Of a DNA stretch of 64,000 bases, positions 44,636-53,864 are shown piece by piece. Under the pieces are notes generated by a model. The model did not search any database. It had not been told where the DNA came from and saw only the letters and a program-made list of their open reading frames with translations. How positions within the stretch are numbered: position 1 is the first letter of the stretch; each line of letters opens with the position of its first letter. The position numbers and the translations under genes were made by a program. This stretch comes from Acidobacteriota bacterium (lineage in GTDB: Bacteria > Acidobacteriota > Thermoanaerobaculia > Gp7-AA8), in the NCBI GenBank assembly GCA_019244185.1, contig JAFATB010000013.1, positions 66,438-130,437 of the forward strand. Reading direction: 5' to 3'.

Positions 44636-45285
44636 AAGTGCTGGTCATCGACGACGAGGACGATGCGCGCTACATCGCGCGCGTGAGTCTCGGCCGCGTC
44701 GGCGGGATGAACGTCGTCGAGGCGGCGAACGGCGCGGACGGCGTCGCGCGCGCGGCCGCCGAGCAGCCCGACTGCATCCTCCTCGATCTGATGATGCCGG
44801 GCATGGACGGCGCGGCCACGCTGCGCGCGCTGCAGGCGAACGACGCGACCGCCGCGATTCCGGTGGTGTTCCTCACGGCCAACGCGATTGCCTCCGAGGT
44901 GGAGATGCTGCGCAAGCTGGGCGCGCGCGGCGTGCTGCTCAAGCCGTTCGATCCGATGGCGCTCGCCGGCGATCTGCGCGCGGTGGTCAACGACGACCAG
45001 CTCATGGCGGAACTGCGCGCGCGCTTTCGCGAGACCACCGCGTCGCGCCTCGACGACATGCAGCGGCTGCTCGACGCGGAGACGCTCGACCTCCCCGCGC
45101 TCGCGCGCCACTTCCACGCGCTGGCCGGCCTCGGCACCACGTACGGCCATCCGCGCGTGACGCGGCTCGGCGAGGAAGGGGAGAACGCCGCGAAGCCGCT
45201 GCTGCGTGAGGGGCGCGCACCGTCGGCGGACGACCTTCGCGCGTGGCGCGCGCTCGTCGCCGCCGTGCGCGCGGAGATCGGCTGA
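44632..45285 (+). CDS. response regulator receiver fused to a C-terminal Hpt phosphotransfer domain
   Basis: 4-nt overlap with the upstream gene. REC motifs (VLVIDDEDD, ILLDLMMPGMDG, KP). The C-terminus carries a helical Hpt-like HFHALAGLGTTYG motif (HxxxGxxxxxG). Confidence 0.8.
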   Translation: MKVLVIDDEDDARYIARVSLGRVGGMNVVEAANGADGVARAAAEQPDCILLDLMMPGMDGAATLRALQANDATAAIPVVFLTANAIASEVEMLRKLGARGVLLKPFDPMALAGDLRAVVNDDQLMAELRARFRETTASRLDDMQRLLDAETLDLPALARHFHALAGLGTTYGHPRVTRLGEEGENAAKPLLREGRAPSADDLRAWRALVAAVRAEIG

Positions 45286-45306
45286 TTTGTGCTAGAAAGC
45301 GCGCGC

Positions 45307-45819
45307 ATGTGGACCGCGCGCCGTATCTTCAAAGAGCTGACCGACCCCGATCTCCGCCGCACCATCCTCACGTCGTTCTGGAAGCACGGCGAGAACAACT
45401 CGCGCCTCATGGCGCAGATGCAGCTCGCCAAGGCCCTGCACTTCCGCGACGAGACCATTCGCAAGATGCCGCCGGAGAAGAAGGCGGACCTCCTCGCGTC
45501 GCGCGCCGCCTCGCCCGACTTCGAGCAGTTTCTCGAGATCGCGCTGATGCAGTACCACACGCACGATCAGGCGAACATGCTCGGGGCGTTCCTCGACCAG
45601 TGGCAGATCCCGCACGAGAACGGCGCGATCGAGACCGACGACTACACGCCGCCGACGGAAGAGCAGGTGCGCAACGCCGTCGCCGCGCTGCGCGAGCAGT
45701 ACGACCCGCGGCAGATCCGCGTGTACCTCGCCACCGCCGGGCTGCTCATGGCCGGGCCGTGGCGCGATGCGACGTGGCCGGTCGTCGAAGAGATGGGCGA
45801 GGAGACGGGCGCGGCGTAG
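45307..45819 (+). CDS. hypothetical protein (last gene of the signalling operon)
   Basis: Genome-typical codon bias. No recognisable domain. The start was chosen at the internal Met of ORF 45289. Confidence 0.45.
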   Translation: MWTARRIFKELTDPDLRRTILTSFWKHGENNSRLMAQMQLAKALHFRDETIRKMPPEKKADLLASRAASPDFEQFLEIALMQYHTHDQANMLGAFLDQWQIPHENGAIETDDYTPPTEEQVRNAVAALREQYDPRQIRVYLATAGLLMAGPWRDATWPVVEEMGEETGAA

Positions 45820-45825
45820 TCGCGG

Positions 45826-46401
45826 TCACTCGATCCGCAGCACGCTCCACGTTTTGCCGTCCCAGATCAGCGTCGCGCGCGACTGCCGCGAACGCATGAA
45901 GCGGTCGTGCACCTCGCCGGTCGTGAACGCGTTGCCGACGTCGTTCGCGATCCACGCCCACGCGAAGTCCGCGGTCGCGGTGCCGTCGGGATTCGCGCGC
46001 ACGTCGGTGACGCCGCGCAGCTCTTTCTTCGCCAGCGGCACGATGTCGAGGATGCCGTTCGCGCGCAGGAGGAAGCGTTTGTCGTCGCGCGCCTTCGGCG
46101 TCAGCATCACGCCGCCCGAGCCGTCGACGGCGAGCCAGCCGGCGCGCTGCAGGTCTTTCAGCGCCGCGCGCGTGGGATCGTTCATCACCGAAGTCTGCAT
46201 CGGCAGCGAGTACGCGGCGTCGGTGAACTGAAACTCGCCGAGCTCCGGCGCGTTCTCGAGGAGCGTCTTCGCCTCCGCGACGGTCGGCGGCGGCGGTGTC
46301 GCCGGCTTCGCGGGCGCGGTCGTGGTGCTCGTGTTCGTCGCGGCAGGCTCGTGGCCGCCGCACGCGGCGAGGAAGATCAGCAGGAAGGCGACGCGCTTCA
46401 T
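45826..46401 (-). CDS. hypothetical lipoprotein
   Basis: Signal peptide with lipobox LAAC, followed by a Thr/Pro-rich linker. Confidence 0.55.
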   Translation of the reverse strand: MKRVAFLLIFLAACGGHEPAATNTSTTTAPAKPATPPPPTVAEAKTLLENAPELGEFQFTDAAYSLPMQTSVMNDPTRAALKDLQRAGWLAVDGSGGVMLTPKARDDKRFLLRANGILDIVPLAKKELRGVTDVRANPDGTATADFAWAWIANDVGNAFTTGEVHDRFMRSRQSRATLIWDGKTWSVLRIE

Positions 46402-46408
46402 GTGCGCA

Positions 46409-47161
46409 TTATCGGCGCAAGACGTCGACTTCGTCGCGCGTCAGCTCGCGCGTCGCGCCGGCGGCGAGCTCGCCGATCTCGATCGGACCGATCGCCGTGC
46501 GCACGAGCTTCAGCACCTTCGCGTCGAGCGCTTCCACCATCCGCCGCACCTGCCGGTTGCGTCCCTCGGTGATCGTGATCGTGAAGACGGTTCGGCCGCC
46601 GGACTCGCGCACGCGCGTGACGATCGCGGGGCGCGTCGGTCCGTCGCGTAGCTCGACGCCGCGCCGCAGCGAGTCGAGCTGCTCGTCGCTGAGGTGCGTC
46701 GACGCTTTGACGAGATACGTCTTCGGCACGTGGTAGTCGGGATTCGTCAGCCGCTCGGCGAACGCGGTGTCGTTCGTCAGGATCAGCAGGCCGCTCGTGT
46801 CGAGGTCGAGCCGTCCCACCGGAAAGAGGTACTGCTGGCGATCGGGAAGGAGGTCGTAGATCGTCTTCCGCCCTTCCGGATCGCGATAGGTCGTGAGGTA
46901 TCCCTTCGGCTTGTGAAGCAGCAGATATACGTGCTCCTGCTTCTCGATGGGACGGTCGTCGAGGAGCACGCGGTCGCGCTCGAGATCGATCCAGCGATTC
47001 GGATCGCCTTCGACGCGGCCGTTCACCTTCACGCGCCCTTCGCCGACCCAGCGCCGCGCCTCGCTGCGCGAGCCGAGTCCCGCGCGCGAGAGCACGCGTT
47101 CGAGCGTCTTGATCGGACGGTCGCCGGGCGGCGGCGTCTGCGCCGCGTTGCGCTTGCTCAC
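46409..47161 (-). CDS. pseudouridine synthase, RsuA/RluB family (S4 domain + catalytic domain)
   Basis: S4 domain (IKTLERVLSRAGLGSRSEARRWVGEGRVKVNG) and the catalytic motif VGRLDLDTSGLLILTND. The likely GTG start forms a GTGA overlap with the upstream gene; the 5' part of ORF 46409..47440 is spurious. Confidence 0.8.
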   Translation of the reverse strand: MSKRNAAQTPPPGDRPIKTLERVLSRAGLGSRSEARRWVGEGRVKVNGRVEGDPNRWIDLERDRVLLDDRPIEKQEHVYLLLHKPKGYLTTYRDPEGRKTIYDLLPDRQQYLFPVGRLDLDTSGLLILTNDTAFAERLTNPDYHVPKTYLVKASTHLSDEQLDSLRRGVELRDGPTRPAIVTRVRESGGRTVFTITITEGRNRQVRRMVEALDAKVLKLVRTAIGPIEIGELAAGATRELTRDEVDVLRR

Positions 47162-47799
47162 TCGAGGATCCGCAGTTCCATGACGCCGCCGATGGTCATC
47201 TTCGTGATGTGCGACCGCGGCGTGACCCAGACGTCGTGCACGTGATTCGTGTTCGCGTCGGTGAAGCGGTAGTGGCCCGGCTCGACGAGCTGCGCCGTCC
47301 CTTCTTTCTTCTGCGGATCGAAGGCGAGCGTGACGCGCTGGTAGAAGCGCACGCCGTACGGCGGCGCATCGACGTGCTGCCATTGTCCGCCGATGCGCTT
47401 CTCCCACGGCACGCCGCGCGGTCCCGCCGCCGCGCGCCACTCCGTGCCGTCCGCGCGGAACGTCACCCGCTCCTGCCCGATGCGCGCACGCGTCATCTCG
47501 CCTTCCGCGTGCACGCCGCTCTCATCGAGGACGAAGCGAAAGCGCGGCACGGACTTGAACCACAGCAGCGCGTCGTCGTACGTGCCGCCGACCGGCGGCG
47601 GCACCGCCGGCATCGTCGCGGTGGGAATCGTGCTGGTCGGGATCGTCGCGGTCGTTGACGTCGTCGGCGCGGTTGGTGCGGATCGCGTGGCAGTCGATTG
47701 CGTCGCGGTCGATGCGGCCGGCTGCTCGCGCGAGCATGCGGCGAGCAGCAGCGCGACGAGCAGAACAGGTTTACGGAAACGTTCGCATTGCATTGGCAA
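47158..47799 (-). CDS. hypothetical lipoprotein with Thr/Pro/Ala-rich linker
   Basis: Lipobox LLAACS and a low-complexity linker (TSTTATIPTSTIPTATMP). Confidence 0.5.
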   Translation of the reverse strand: MPMQCERFRKPVLLVALLLAACSREQPAASTATQSTATRSAPTAPTTSTTATIPTSTIPTATMPAVPPPVGGTYDDALLWFKSVPRFRFVLDESGVHAEGEMTRARIGQERVTFRADGTEWRAAAGPRGVPWEKRIGGQWQHVDAPPYGVRFYQRVTLAFDPQKKEGTAQLVEPGHYRFTDANTNHVHDVWVTPRSHITKMTIGGVMELRILE

Positions 47800-47833
47800 G
47801 AGCGAATGCTACTCTGACCCCGAGGCCCTGATC

Positions 47834-49096
47834 ATGCGGAACCAATGGTGGTGGTGGGTGTTGACCGGCGTCGCGCTCGGCGTCGCCGTCTTCGGAGTTA
47901 CGCGCTTGCCTCTCGGCGACGATCCGATCGTCGAGCTCGCGCAACTCGCACCGCCCAATCGTCCCGCACCGCCGCTGCCGTTCTTCGTTCCCGAAACGCC
48001 GTCGCTCGAACCGCCACCCGAGGCGTCGGCGAACATTCCGACGCTGGGCGAGGCCTCGCAGGCGAAGATCGAGCTGCGCATCAAGTCCCTCGGGCGCGAG
48101 CTCGCGGAGATGTGGACGCGCGATCCGGAGAAGCTCGTGGTCGTGATCGACGACGCCGCGCGTTCGTTCCCGAGCGCGCCGTCCGTCACGCTGCTCCTCG
48201 CCATCGCGCACGCGGAGACGAACGGCAAGATCCTCGACGTCTCCGAGGCGGGCGCCGTCGGACTCGCGCAGGCGACGCCGGTCGCGTATCGCCAGGAGCA
48301 TTTCGACGGGAAGCTCTTCGTCACGAAGGACTATCTCATCGGCTCGCGCGCCTACATCATGAAGAAGCCCCTCGGCGATGCCGACACGATCGCCACGCTC
48401 ATCGTCGATCAGGACTCGCCCGCGCGCCGCAAGCGCGCGAAGCATCTGCTGCACGCGGCGAAGGAGCTCCGCCGCGAAGGCATCGACGAGCTCGATCTGC
48501 TCTCGCCGTTTGGGTCGAAGAAGTACTACGCCGACATCAAACACGCGGACGAGCACAACAAGGCCGCGCTCAAAGAGCTCGAGCATCTGCTCGACCACGG
48601 CTCGCGCGCCGAACTGCGCGCGTTCCGCAACCGCGTGCGGACGGAATACCGCTCGCTGAAGGCGACGCAGCTCGCGTCGTGGGCGCGCTATCAGAAAGAC
48701 CTCATCGCGAAGCGCGACCGCATGCTCGAACAGCACTTCGGCGTCGACCGCCGCACGGTCACGCGCACGATGGCCTACGAGGCGAGCGAGTACCTCGGCG
48801 AGCATCTCGACGACCGCTTCTCGGCGAAGAGCATGGCGAAGTTCCTCGTGCGTCATCTCGAGCGGAAAGCGGTCGAGGCGCGGAAGCTCGCGCCGCCGGA
48901 CGCCGACGTCGAGGAGATGACCGCGGCGCTCTACAACGGCGGCTCGCACAACGTGAAGCGGATGCTGGCGGGGCTCATCCGCACGCTGCCCGAGACCGAG
49001 AAGTACATGCGCAAAGTGCCCGCGACGCGGCGCCGCCTCGACAGCGTGATCGCCGGCGCGTCGCTCGGCGAAACGCCGGTGCGGACGCTGCGCTGA
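47834..49096 (+). CDS. membrane-anchored lytic transglycosylase (SLT domain) family protein
   Basis: Internal ATG at 47834 (MRNQWWWWVLTGVALGV = TM anchor). SLT catalytic signature AHAETNG...SEAGAVGLAQATP. Confidence 0.6.
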   Translation: MRNQWWWWVLTGVALGVAVFGVTRLPLGDDPIVELAQLAPPNRPAPPLPFFVPETPSLEPPPEASANIPTLGEASQAKIELRIKSLGRELAEMWTRDPEKLVVVIDDAARSFPSAPSVTLLLAIAHAETNGKILDVSEAGAVGLAQATPVAYRQEHFDGKLFVTKDYLIGSRAYIMKKPLGDADTIATLIVDQDSPARRKRAKHLLHAAKELRREGIDELDLLSPFGSKKYYADIKHADEHNKAALKELEHLLDHGSRAELRAFRNRVRTEYRSLKATQLASWARYQKDLIAKRDRMLEQHFGVDRRTVTRTMAYEASEYLGEHLDDRFSAKSMAKFLVRHLERKAVEARKLAPPDADVEEMTAALYNGGSHNVKRMLAGLIRTLPETEKYMRKVPATRRRLDSVIAGASLGETPVRTLR

Positions 49097-49106
49097 GCGA
49101 GTCGAG

Positions 49107-49721
49107 CTACGCGCGTCGCGCGGCGCGGTGCTTGGCCGACTTTTCGCGATTGCCGCAGCCGCTCATCGTGCACCAGCGCCGCGTGCCGCTCTTCGACGTG
49201 TCGTAAAAGAAGCGGATGCAGCGCGCACCGCCGCAGAGGTGCAGGCGCTGCGGGTTCGCTTCCGCGAGAAACGTGGCGGCCATGCGCGCGAGCACGAAGC
49301 GCGCATCCTTCGCCGCGTCGCCGCGCGGCTGAAACGACGCCGCGAGCTTGCCGTCCGCGAGCGTCAACGCGAGCGCGCCCGGCGCGCGCGCGAGCTCCGC
49401 GTCGATCGCGCCGACGTCCTGCCGACGCGGTGGTTTGTCCTCGGACATCGCGGTGACGATCCGCCGCAGCGCCGCGCGCAGCGTGCGCACGGCGTCGAGC
49501 GTGCGCGCGTCGAGGCGGCCGCGGACGTCGCGCGGCGCGAGAAGATCCGCCGCGATCAGCCACTCCTCGAGCGCCTCCGGGCCATCGAGCAGGTCGATCG
49601 GCTTGCCGTCGCGCAGTCCTTCGGTATTCACGAAGTCGATGGCCGTCGCGCCGCCGATGAAGGAGAAGTGACGTTTCGGTTTCACGGTTGACAGTGTACG
49701 TTGCGGCGGTGTAACTAGCAA
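49107..49721 (-). CDS. CGNR zinc-finger domain protein (ABATE + zf-CGNR)
   Basis: C-terminal CxxxxC...CGNREK motif (CGGARCIRFFYDTSKSGTRRWCTMSGCGNREKSAKHR). Confidence 0.75.
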   Translation of the reverse strand: MLVTPPQRTLSTVKPKRHFSFIGGATAIDFVNTEGLRDGKPIDLLDGPEALEEWLIAADLLAPRDVRGRLDARTLDAVRTLRAALRRIVTAMSEDKPPRRQDVGAIDAELARAPGALALTLADGKLAASFQPRGDAAKDARFVLARMAATFLAEANPQRLHLCGGARCIRFFYDTSKSGTRRWCTMSGCGNREKSAKHRAARRA

Positions 49722-49723
49722 AA

Positions 49724-50968
49724 ATGCTTTTGATGGTTACTTTGCTTTCGGCGGCGCTATCTACGTTGATCGACGTGCATTGGGACTGCCGCGCGCTCAC
49801 GCCGCCGCAACGCCAGTGGTGCGAGACGTTCGCGCGCGCGGCGACGACGCTCACGACGCCCGCCGCGCCGCCGTCGGTGCGCATCGACGCCATGCGCGCG
49901 CAGGCCGCGGCGGCGCGCGCCGCGGAGCTGCCGCTCGTCGCGACGTATCTCGAGCGCGTCAGCGACGCCGCGGCGGGAGGTGATGCCGTGGCCGCCGAGA
50001 CGGCGCTGCGCGCGGCGGCGCACAGTCCGGTGCTGGTGCTCGTGCGTGTGCAGAAAGCGAGCGCGGATGCGAGCCCGTTCGGCGACGTCATCGTCGGCGT
50101 GCGCGATCCCGACGACGCGTGGCTGCTCTCGTTTCAGCAGCGGCTCGACGCGTTCGCGCGCACGCTGTCGCCGGCATCGGCCGCGTGGGACAAGGGCACG
50201 GTGCCGCCGGGCGTCAGCGCCATCGGCGACCTCGTCGCGCGCGCGGGCGCGTCCGCGCAGTCGACCGCGCCGGCGAGCTATCCGCCGTTCGACGCGTCGC
50301 TGCGCCCGGTCGTCGGCCGCAGCTGGATTCACTGGAAGAACATGACCGTCGCCGGCTGGTTCGAACGGCAGGTGAAGCCGGCCGGCGTCGCGTCGCTCGA
50401 TGGCGCCGCGGTGCGCGCGCTCGACGGCGCCGCGCTCTCGCGCTGGTATGCGCTGCGGTACGTGACCTCCGACCTCGGGCCGAAGGTCGTGAACGGAAAG
50501 CCGCTGCAGGACGCGCTCGGCGACGCGTGGGCGCCGATCGTGATCGTGAAGGCCGACGTGACGGCGGTGCTCGCGTCGCAGTGGCTGCGGCGCGGATCGC
50601 TCGACACGGATCTCGCGACGTTCCTCGGCGTCACGATCCACACGCTCAACGACGTCGTGCGCGGCGACGCGCCGCCGCAGCATCGCGCGTCGACCTGCAT
50701 CGCGCTCAACTGGTGCCTGCGCCACGGCGGCCTCGTCGCACGCAAGAACGGCTGGCACATCGCGCCGCGGGCGATGCTCGCGTCGCTGCGTACGCTCGCG
50801 TCGGAGGTGCTCGCCATTGAGACCGCGGGCGATCGCGAGCGCGCGGCGAAGCTGATCGCCGAGTACGGAACCGTGACGCCGGAGATCCAGACGATGCTCG
50901 ATCGGCTGCCGCCGCCGACACCGCCGAAAGCCACGGTGCATTACGACATTCTGGAGAGCGCGCGATGA
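49724..50968 (+). CDS. hypothetical protein
   Basis: 414-aa ORF with consistent GC3 bias. Coupled by a 4-nt overlap to the downstream metallo-beta-lactamase-fold gene. No domain recognised. Confidence 0.45.
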   Translation: MLLMVTLLSAALSTLIDVHWDCRALTPPQRQWCETFARAATTLTTPAAPPSVRIDAMRAQAAAARAAELPLVATYLERVSDAAAGGDAVAAETALRAAAHSPVLVLVRVQKASADASPFGDVIVGVRDPDDAWLLSFQQRLDAFARTLSPASAAWDKGTVPPGVSAIGDLVARAGASAQSTAPASYPPFDASLRPVVGRSWIHWKNMTVAGWFERQVKPAGVASLDGAAVRALDGAALSRWYALRYVTSDLGPKVVNGKPLQDALGDAWAPIVIVKADVTAVLASQWLRRGSLDTDLATFLGVTIHTLNDVVRGDAPPQHRASTCIALNWCLRHGGLVARKNGWHIAPRAMLASLRTLASEVLAIETAGDRERAAKLIAEYGTVTPEIQTMLDRLPPPTPPKATVHYDILESAR

Positions 50969-51798
50969 TCTCGCGCCGCGCGTTTTCTTCCACGCTCGTC
51001 GCCGGAGCGGCCGCAATGGCGTCGCCGCTGCGACTCGCTGCCGCGACGCCGGCTGCAGCGGTCGCGCCGCTGCGCATCCAACGCCTGTCGTGGGCGGGCA
51101 TCCGCCTGGAGACGCCGGAGACGACGCTCTTCATCGATCCGTGGACGTCGAAGGCGGCGTGGGGCGGCACGTGGCCGCGCCCGATCGTGCCGCTCGAGGC
51201 GTCGAGCAAGCGCCGCTCGGTGCTCATCACGCACCTGCACAACGATCACTTCGACGCGGCGGCGCTGAAGCTGCTGCTGGCCGAAGGCGGCGCGGTGTTC
51301 TGCCTCGACAAGCTCGCGCCGGTCGTCGCGTCGAAAGGGCTCGTCGCGCGGCCGGTCGAGCTCTTTCATCCCGAGGCGTTCGGCGACTTCGTGTTCATCC
51401 CCGTGTCCGCCGCGGACGGCTTCGGCGAGACGCAGGTGTCGTGGATCGTGAAGGCCGCGGGCATGAACCTCATCCACTGCGGCGACACCGTTTGGCACAG
51501 CGGCTTCGAGCTCGACGGCCGCGCGTACGGTCCGTTCGACGTCGCGTTTCTGCCGATGAACGGCGCCGTGATCCGCGGACGCCCGATCGACGTCGACGTC
51601 CCCGCGACAATGACGCCCACGCAGGCGGTCGCCGCGGCGCTGCTGCTGCGCGCGAAGCTGGTCGTGCCGATCCACTACGGCGTCTCCGAGGACGACTACC
51701 GCGAAGAGCCGAACGCGATCGAGGAGACGAAGCAGCTCGCCGCAGCGAAAGGCGTCGCGGTGCGCTTCGTCGATGAAGGCGAGTGGGTGATCAAGTAG
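50965..51798 (+). CDS. metallo-beta-lactamase-fold metallo-hydrolase with Tat signal peptide
   Basis: Twin-arginine motif (SRRAFSS...AAAMA). HxHxDH metal-binding motif (THLHNDHFD) and the downstream His/Asp pattern of the metallo-beta-lactamase fold. Confidence 0.75.
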   Translation: MISRRAFSSTLVAGAAAMASPLRLAAATPAAAVAPLRIQRLSWAGIRLETPETTLFIDPWTSKAAWGGTWPRPIVPLEASSKRRSVLITHLHNDHFDAAALKLLLAEGGAVFCLDKLAPVVASKGLVARPVELFHPEAFGDFVFIPVSAADGFGETQVSWIVKAAGMNLIHCGDTVWHSGFELDGRAYGPFDVAFLPMNGAVIRGRPIDVDVPATMTPTQAVAAALLLRAKLVVPIHYGVSEDDYREEPNAIEETKQLAAAKGVAVRFVDEGEWVIK

Positions 51799-53065
51799 TT
51801 GACCTTCCGTCGCGCGTCCGGTCGCCGATTCGTTCACCGGTGATGAGGCGCGCGCCGCGCTGATAGGTGAGGTACGCCCATGCCCACTGCGTGATGACGA
51901 GGAAGCGGTTGCGGAAGCCGATGAGAAAGAAGATGTGGATGACCAGCCAGGCCAGCCACGCGAAGAAGCCGCCGAAGCGGATGCGTCCGAAGTCGGCGAC
52001 GGCGGCGGCGCGGCCGATCGTCGCCAGGGAGCCTTTGTCGCGGTAGCGGAACGCGCGCAGCGGCTGTCCTTCGAGCGCGCGCTCGAGATTGCGCGCGGTG
52101 TGCTGTCCTTCCTGAATCGCGGCCGGCGCGACGCCGGGCACGAACGCGCCGTCGCGCTGCTTCGCCGCGGCGAGATCGCCGATTACGAAAACGTCGCGGT
52201 GTCCCGGAATCGTCAGCTCCGGCTCGACGAGTACGCGTCCGGCGCGATCGAGCGGCACGCCGAGCGAATGCGCGAGCGGCGAGGCCTGCACGCCCGCGCC
52301 CCACAGCACCGTCCGCGTCGCAATCGAACGCTCGCCGATGCAGACCTCGGTATCGTTGACGCCAGTGACGATCGCGCCGGTGATGACCTCGACGCCGAGG
52401 TGGACGAGTTGCTTGCGCGCGCTCTCGGAGAGCGAGGGAGGATACGGAGGCAGCACGCGCTCGCGCCCTTCGGTGAGGATGACGCGCGCGCCTTCGGGAT
52501 GGATGCGGCGGAAGTCGCGGAGCATGGTCTGGCGCGCGATCTCGGAGAGCGCGCCCGCGAGCTCGACGCCGGTGGGTCCGCCGCCGATCACGACGAACGT
52601 GAGCAGCGCCTGCTGCGTCGCGGGATCCTCCTCGCGTTCGGCGGCCTCGAAGGCGAGCAGCACGCGGCGGCGGATCTCGAGCGCGTCGTCGATGGTCTTG
52701 AGCCCCGGCGCGAAGCGCTCCCATTCGGGATGGCCAAAGTACGAATGCGTGGCGCCGGTGGCGATGACGAGATAGTCGTACGCGAGCGTCGCGCCGTCGG
52801 CGAGGTGCACCTGTTTCTGTGCAGCGTCGACGGACGTGGCGTCGCCGAGGATCACCTCGACGTTTTTCTGGTGGCGCAGGATCGCGCGGATCGGCGCGGC
52901 GATGTCGCTCGGATTCAGCGCCGCGGTGGCGACCTGATAGAGCAGGGGCTGGAAGAGATGGTAGTTGTGGCGGTCGACGAGCGTGATCGCGCAGTCGGCG
53001 TGCGCGAGACCGCGCGCGGCGTAGAGGCCGGCGAAGCCGCCACCGAGGATGACGACGTGAGACAT
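51791..53065 (-). CDS. ndh: type II NADH dehydrogenase (NDH-2) / NAD(P)/FAD-dependent oxidoreductase
   Basis: Two Rossmann GxGxxG motifs (VVILGGGFAGL; VVIGGGPTGVELAG) and a C-terminal amphipathic membrane-anchor helix. Confidence 0.9.
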   Translation of the reverse strand: MSHVVILGGGFAGLYAARGLAHADCAITLVDRHNYHLFQPLLYQVATAALNPSDIAAPIRAILRHQKNVEVILGDATSVDAAQKQVHLADGATLAYDYLVIATGATHSYFGHPEWERFAPGLKTIDDALEIRRRVLLAFEAAEREEDPATQQALLTFVVIGGGPTGVELAGALSEIARQTMLRDFRRIHPEGARVILTEGRERVLPPYPPSLSESARKQLVHLGVEVITGAIVTGVNDTEVCIGERSIATRTVLWGAGVQASPLAHSLGVPLDRAGRVLVEPELTIPGHRDVFVIGDLAAAKQRDGAFVPGVAPAAIQEGQHTARNLERALEGQPLRAFRYRDKGSLATIGRAAAVADFGRIRFGGFFAWLAWLVIHIFFLIGFRNRFLVITQWAWAYLTYQRGARLITGERIGDRTRDGRSTT

Positions 53066-53075
53066 CGCGGTGAGT

Positions 53076-53366
53076 TTATGCGGGGTCGTTGCCGAAGCGT
53101 TCCGCGAACTCGCGCACGATGCGGCGCATGTCGTCGAGCAACGCGGGATCTTCCGCGAGGCGCTGTTTGACGGCGACGAGGAACGGCACGTCCGGCTCGT
53201 CTTCGGGCGACCCGTTGCGCTCGATGAACTCGAGCCAGCTATCCGGGTTTCCGTCGAAGACGTTGAGCAGGATCTGAACGCGGGCGAAGTTCTCGGCCAC
53301 TCCCCAGAAACTCCAACGCGGAGCCCAATCGATCACATCGACCGAGTCGTGCGCACCAAAAGCCAA
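53076..53366 (-). CDS. hypothetical small acidic protein
   Basis: 96-aa ORF, genome-typical codon usage, no domain recognised. Confidence 0.4.
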   Translation of the reverse strand: MAFGAHDSVDVIDWAPRWSFWGVAENFARVQILLNVFDGNPDSWLEFIERNGSPEDEPDVPFLVAVKQRLAEDPALLDDMRRIVREFAERFGNDPA

Positions 53367-53428
53367 TCAACACCCCTTCACTACGACACTCAACTGAAGG
53401 AGTGACGGAGAGAGGGCGTTCCCTACCA

Positions 53429-53830
53429 TCAATCCTTGCCGATCTTTGCGAGCTCAGGCTTGCCGACCCAGCGGCCCCACGAAAAGCAGCGCGTGCAGGT
53501 GAAGGTGTAGTCGGTTACGCCGGTCTCGGGATTCTCCTTCGCCGCGGTCTCCATCTTGGCCTGGCAGCGGTAGCAGAGGATGGCGTCGCCGCGCTGCAGG
53601 TTCTCGACGAAGCCCTCGACCTGCTGGTCGTAGAACTCCATCTGCTTCGGCCGCTGCGGGATCGTGAGCGTCTCCTTGCCGCGCGAGCAGGTGAGGAAGA
53701 TGTGATCGGCGAAGGTGGTCTGGACGAAGCTGCCGGTGAGCGTGGCGCCGGGATGGCGCGGGCAGGCGATCGGTTTCCCGGCCCAGAACGCGCGGGCGAG
53801 CTCGCGGGACTGTTCGACTTCGGTCGGCAT
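53429..53830 (-). CDS. hypothetical Cys-rich protein (two zinc-ribbon-like CxxC pairs)
   Basis: 133 aa with CPRH...C, CYRC and CTRC pairs. Confidence 0.45.
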   Translation of the reverse strand: MPTEVEQSRELARAFWAGKPIACPRHPGATLTGSFVQTTFADHIFLTCSRGKETLTIPQRPKQMEFYDQQVEGFVENLQRGDAILCYRCQAKMETAAKENPETGVTDYTFTCTRCFSWGRWVGKPELAKIGKD

Positions 53831-53864
53831 GCGCGCCGAATTGTAGCGGACGCCGCCGCCGCCG

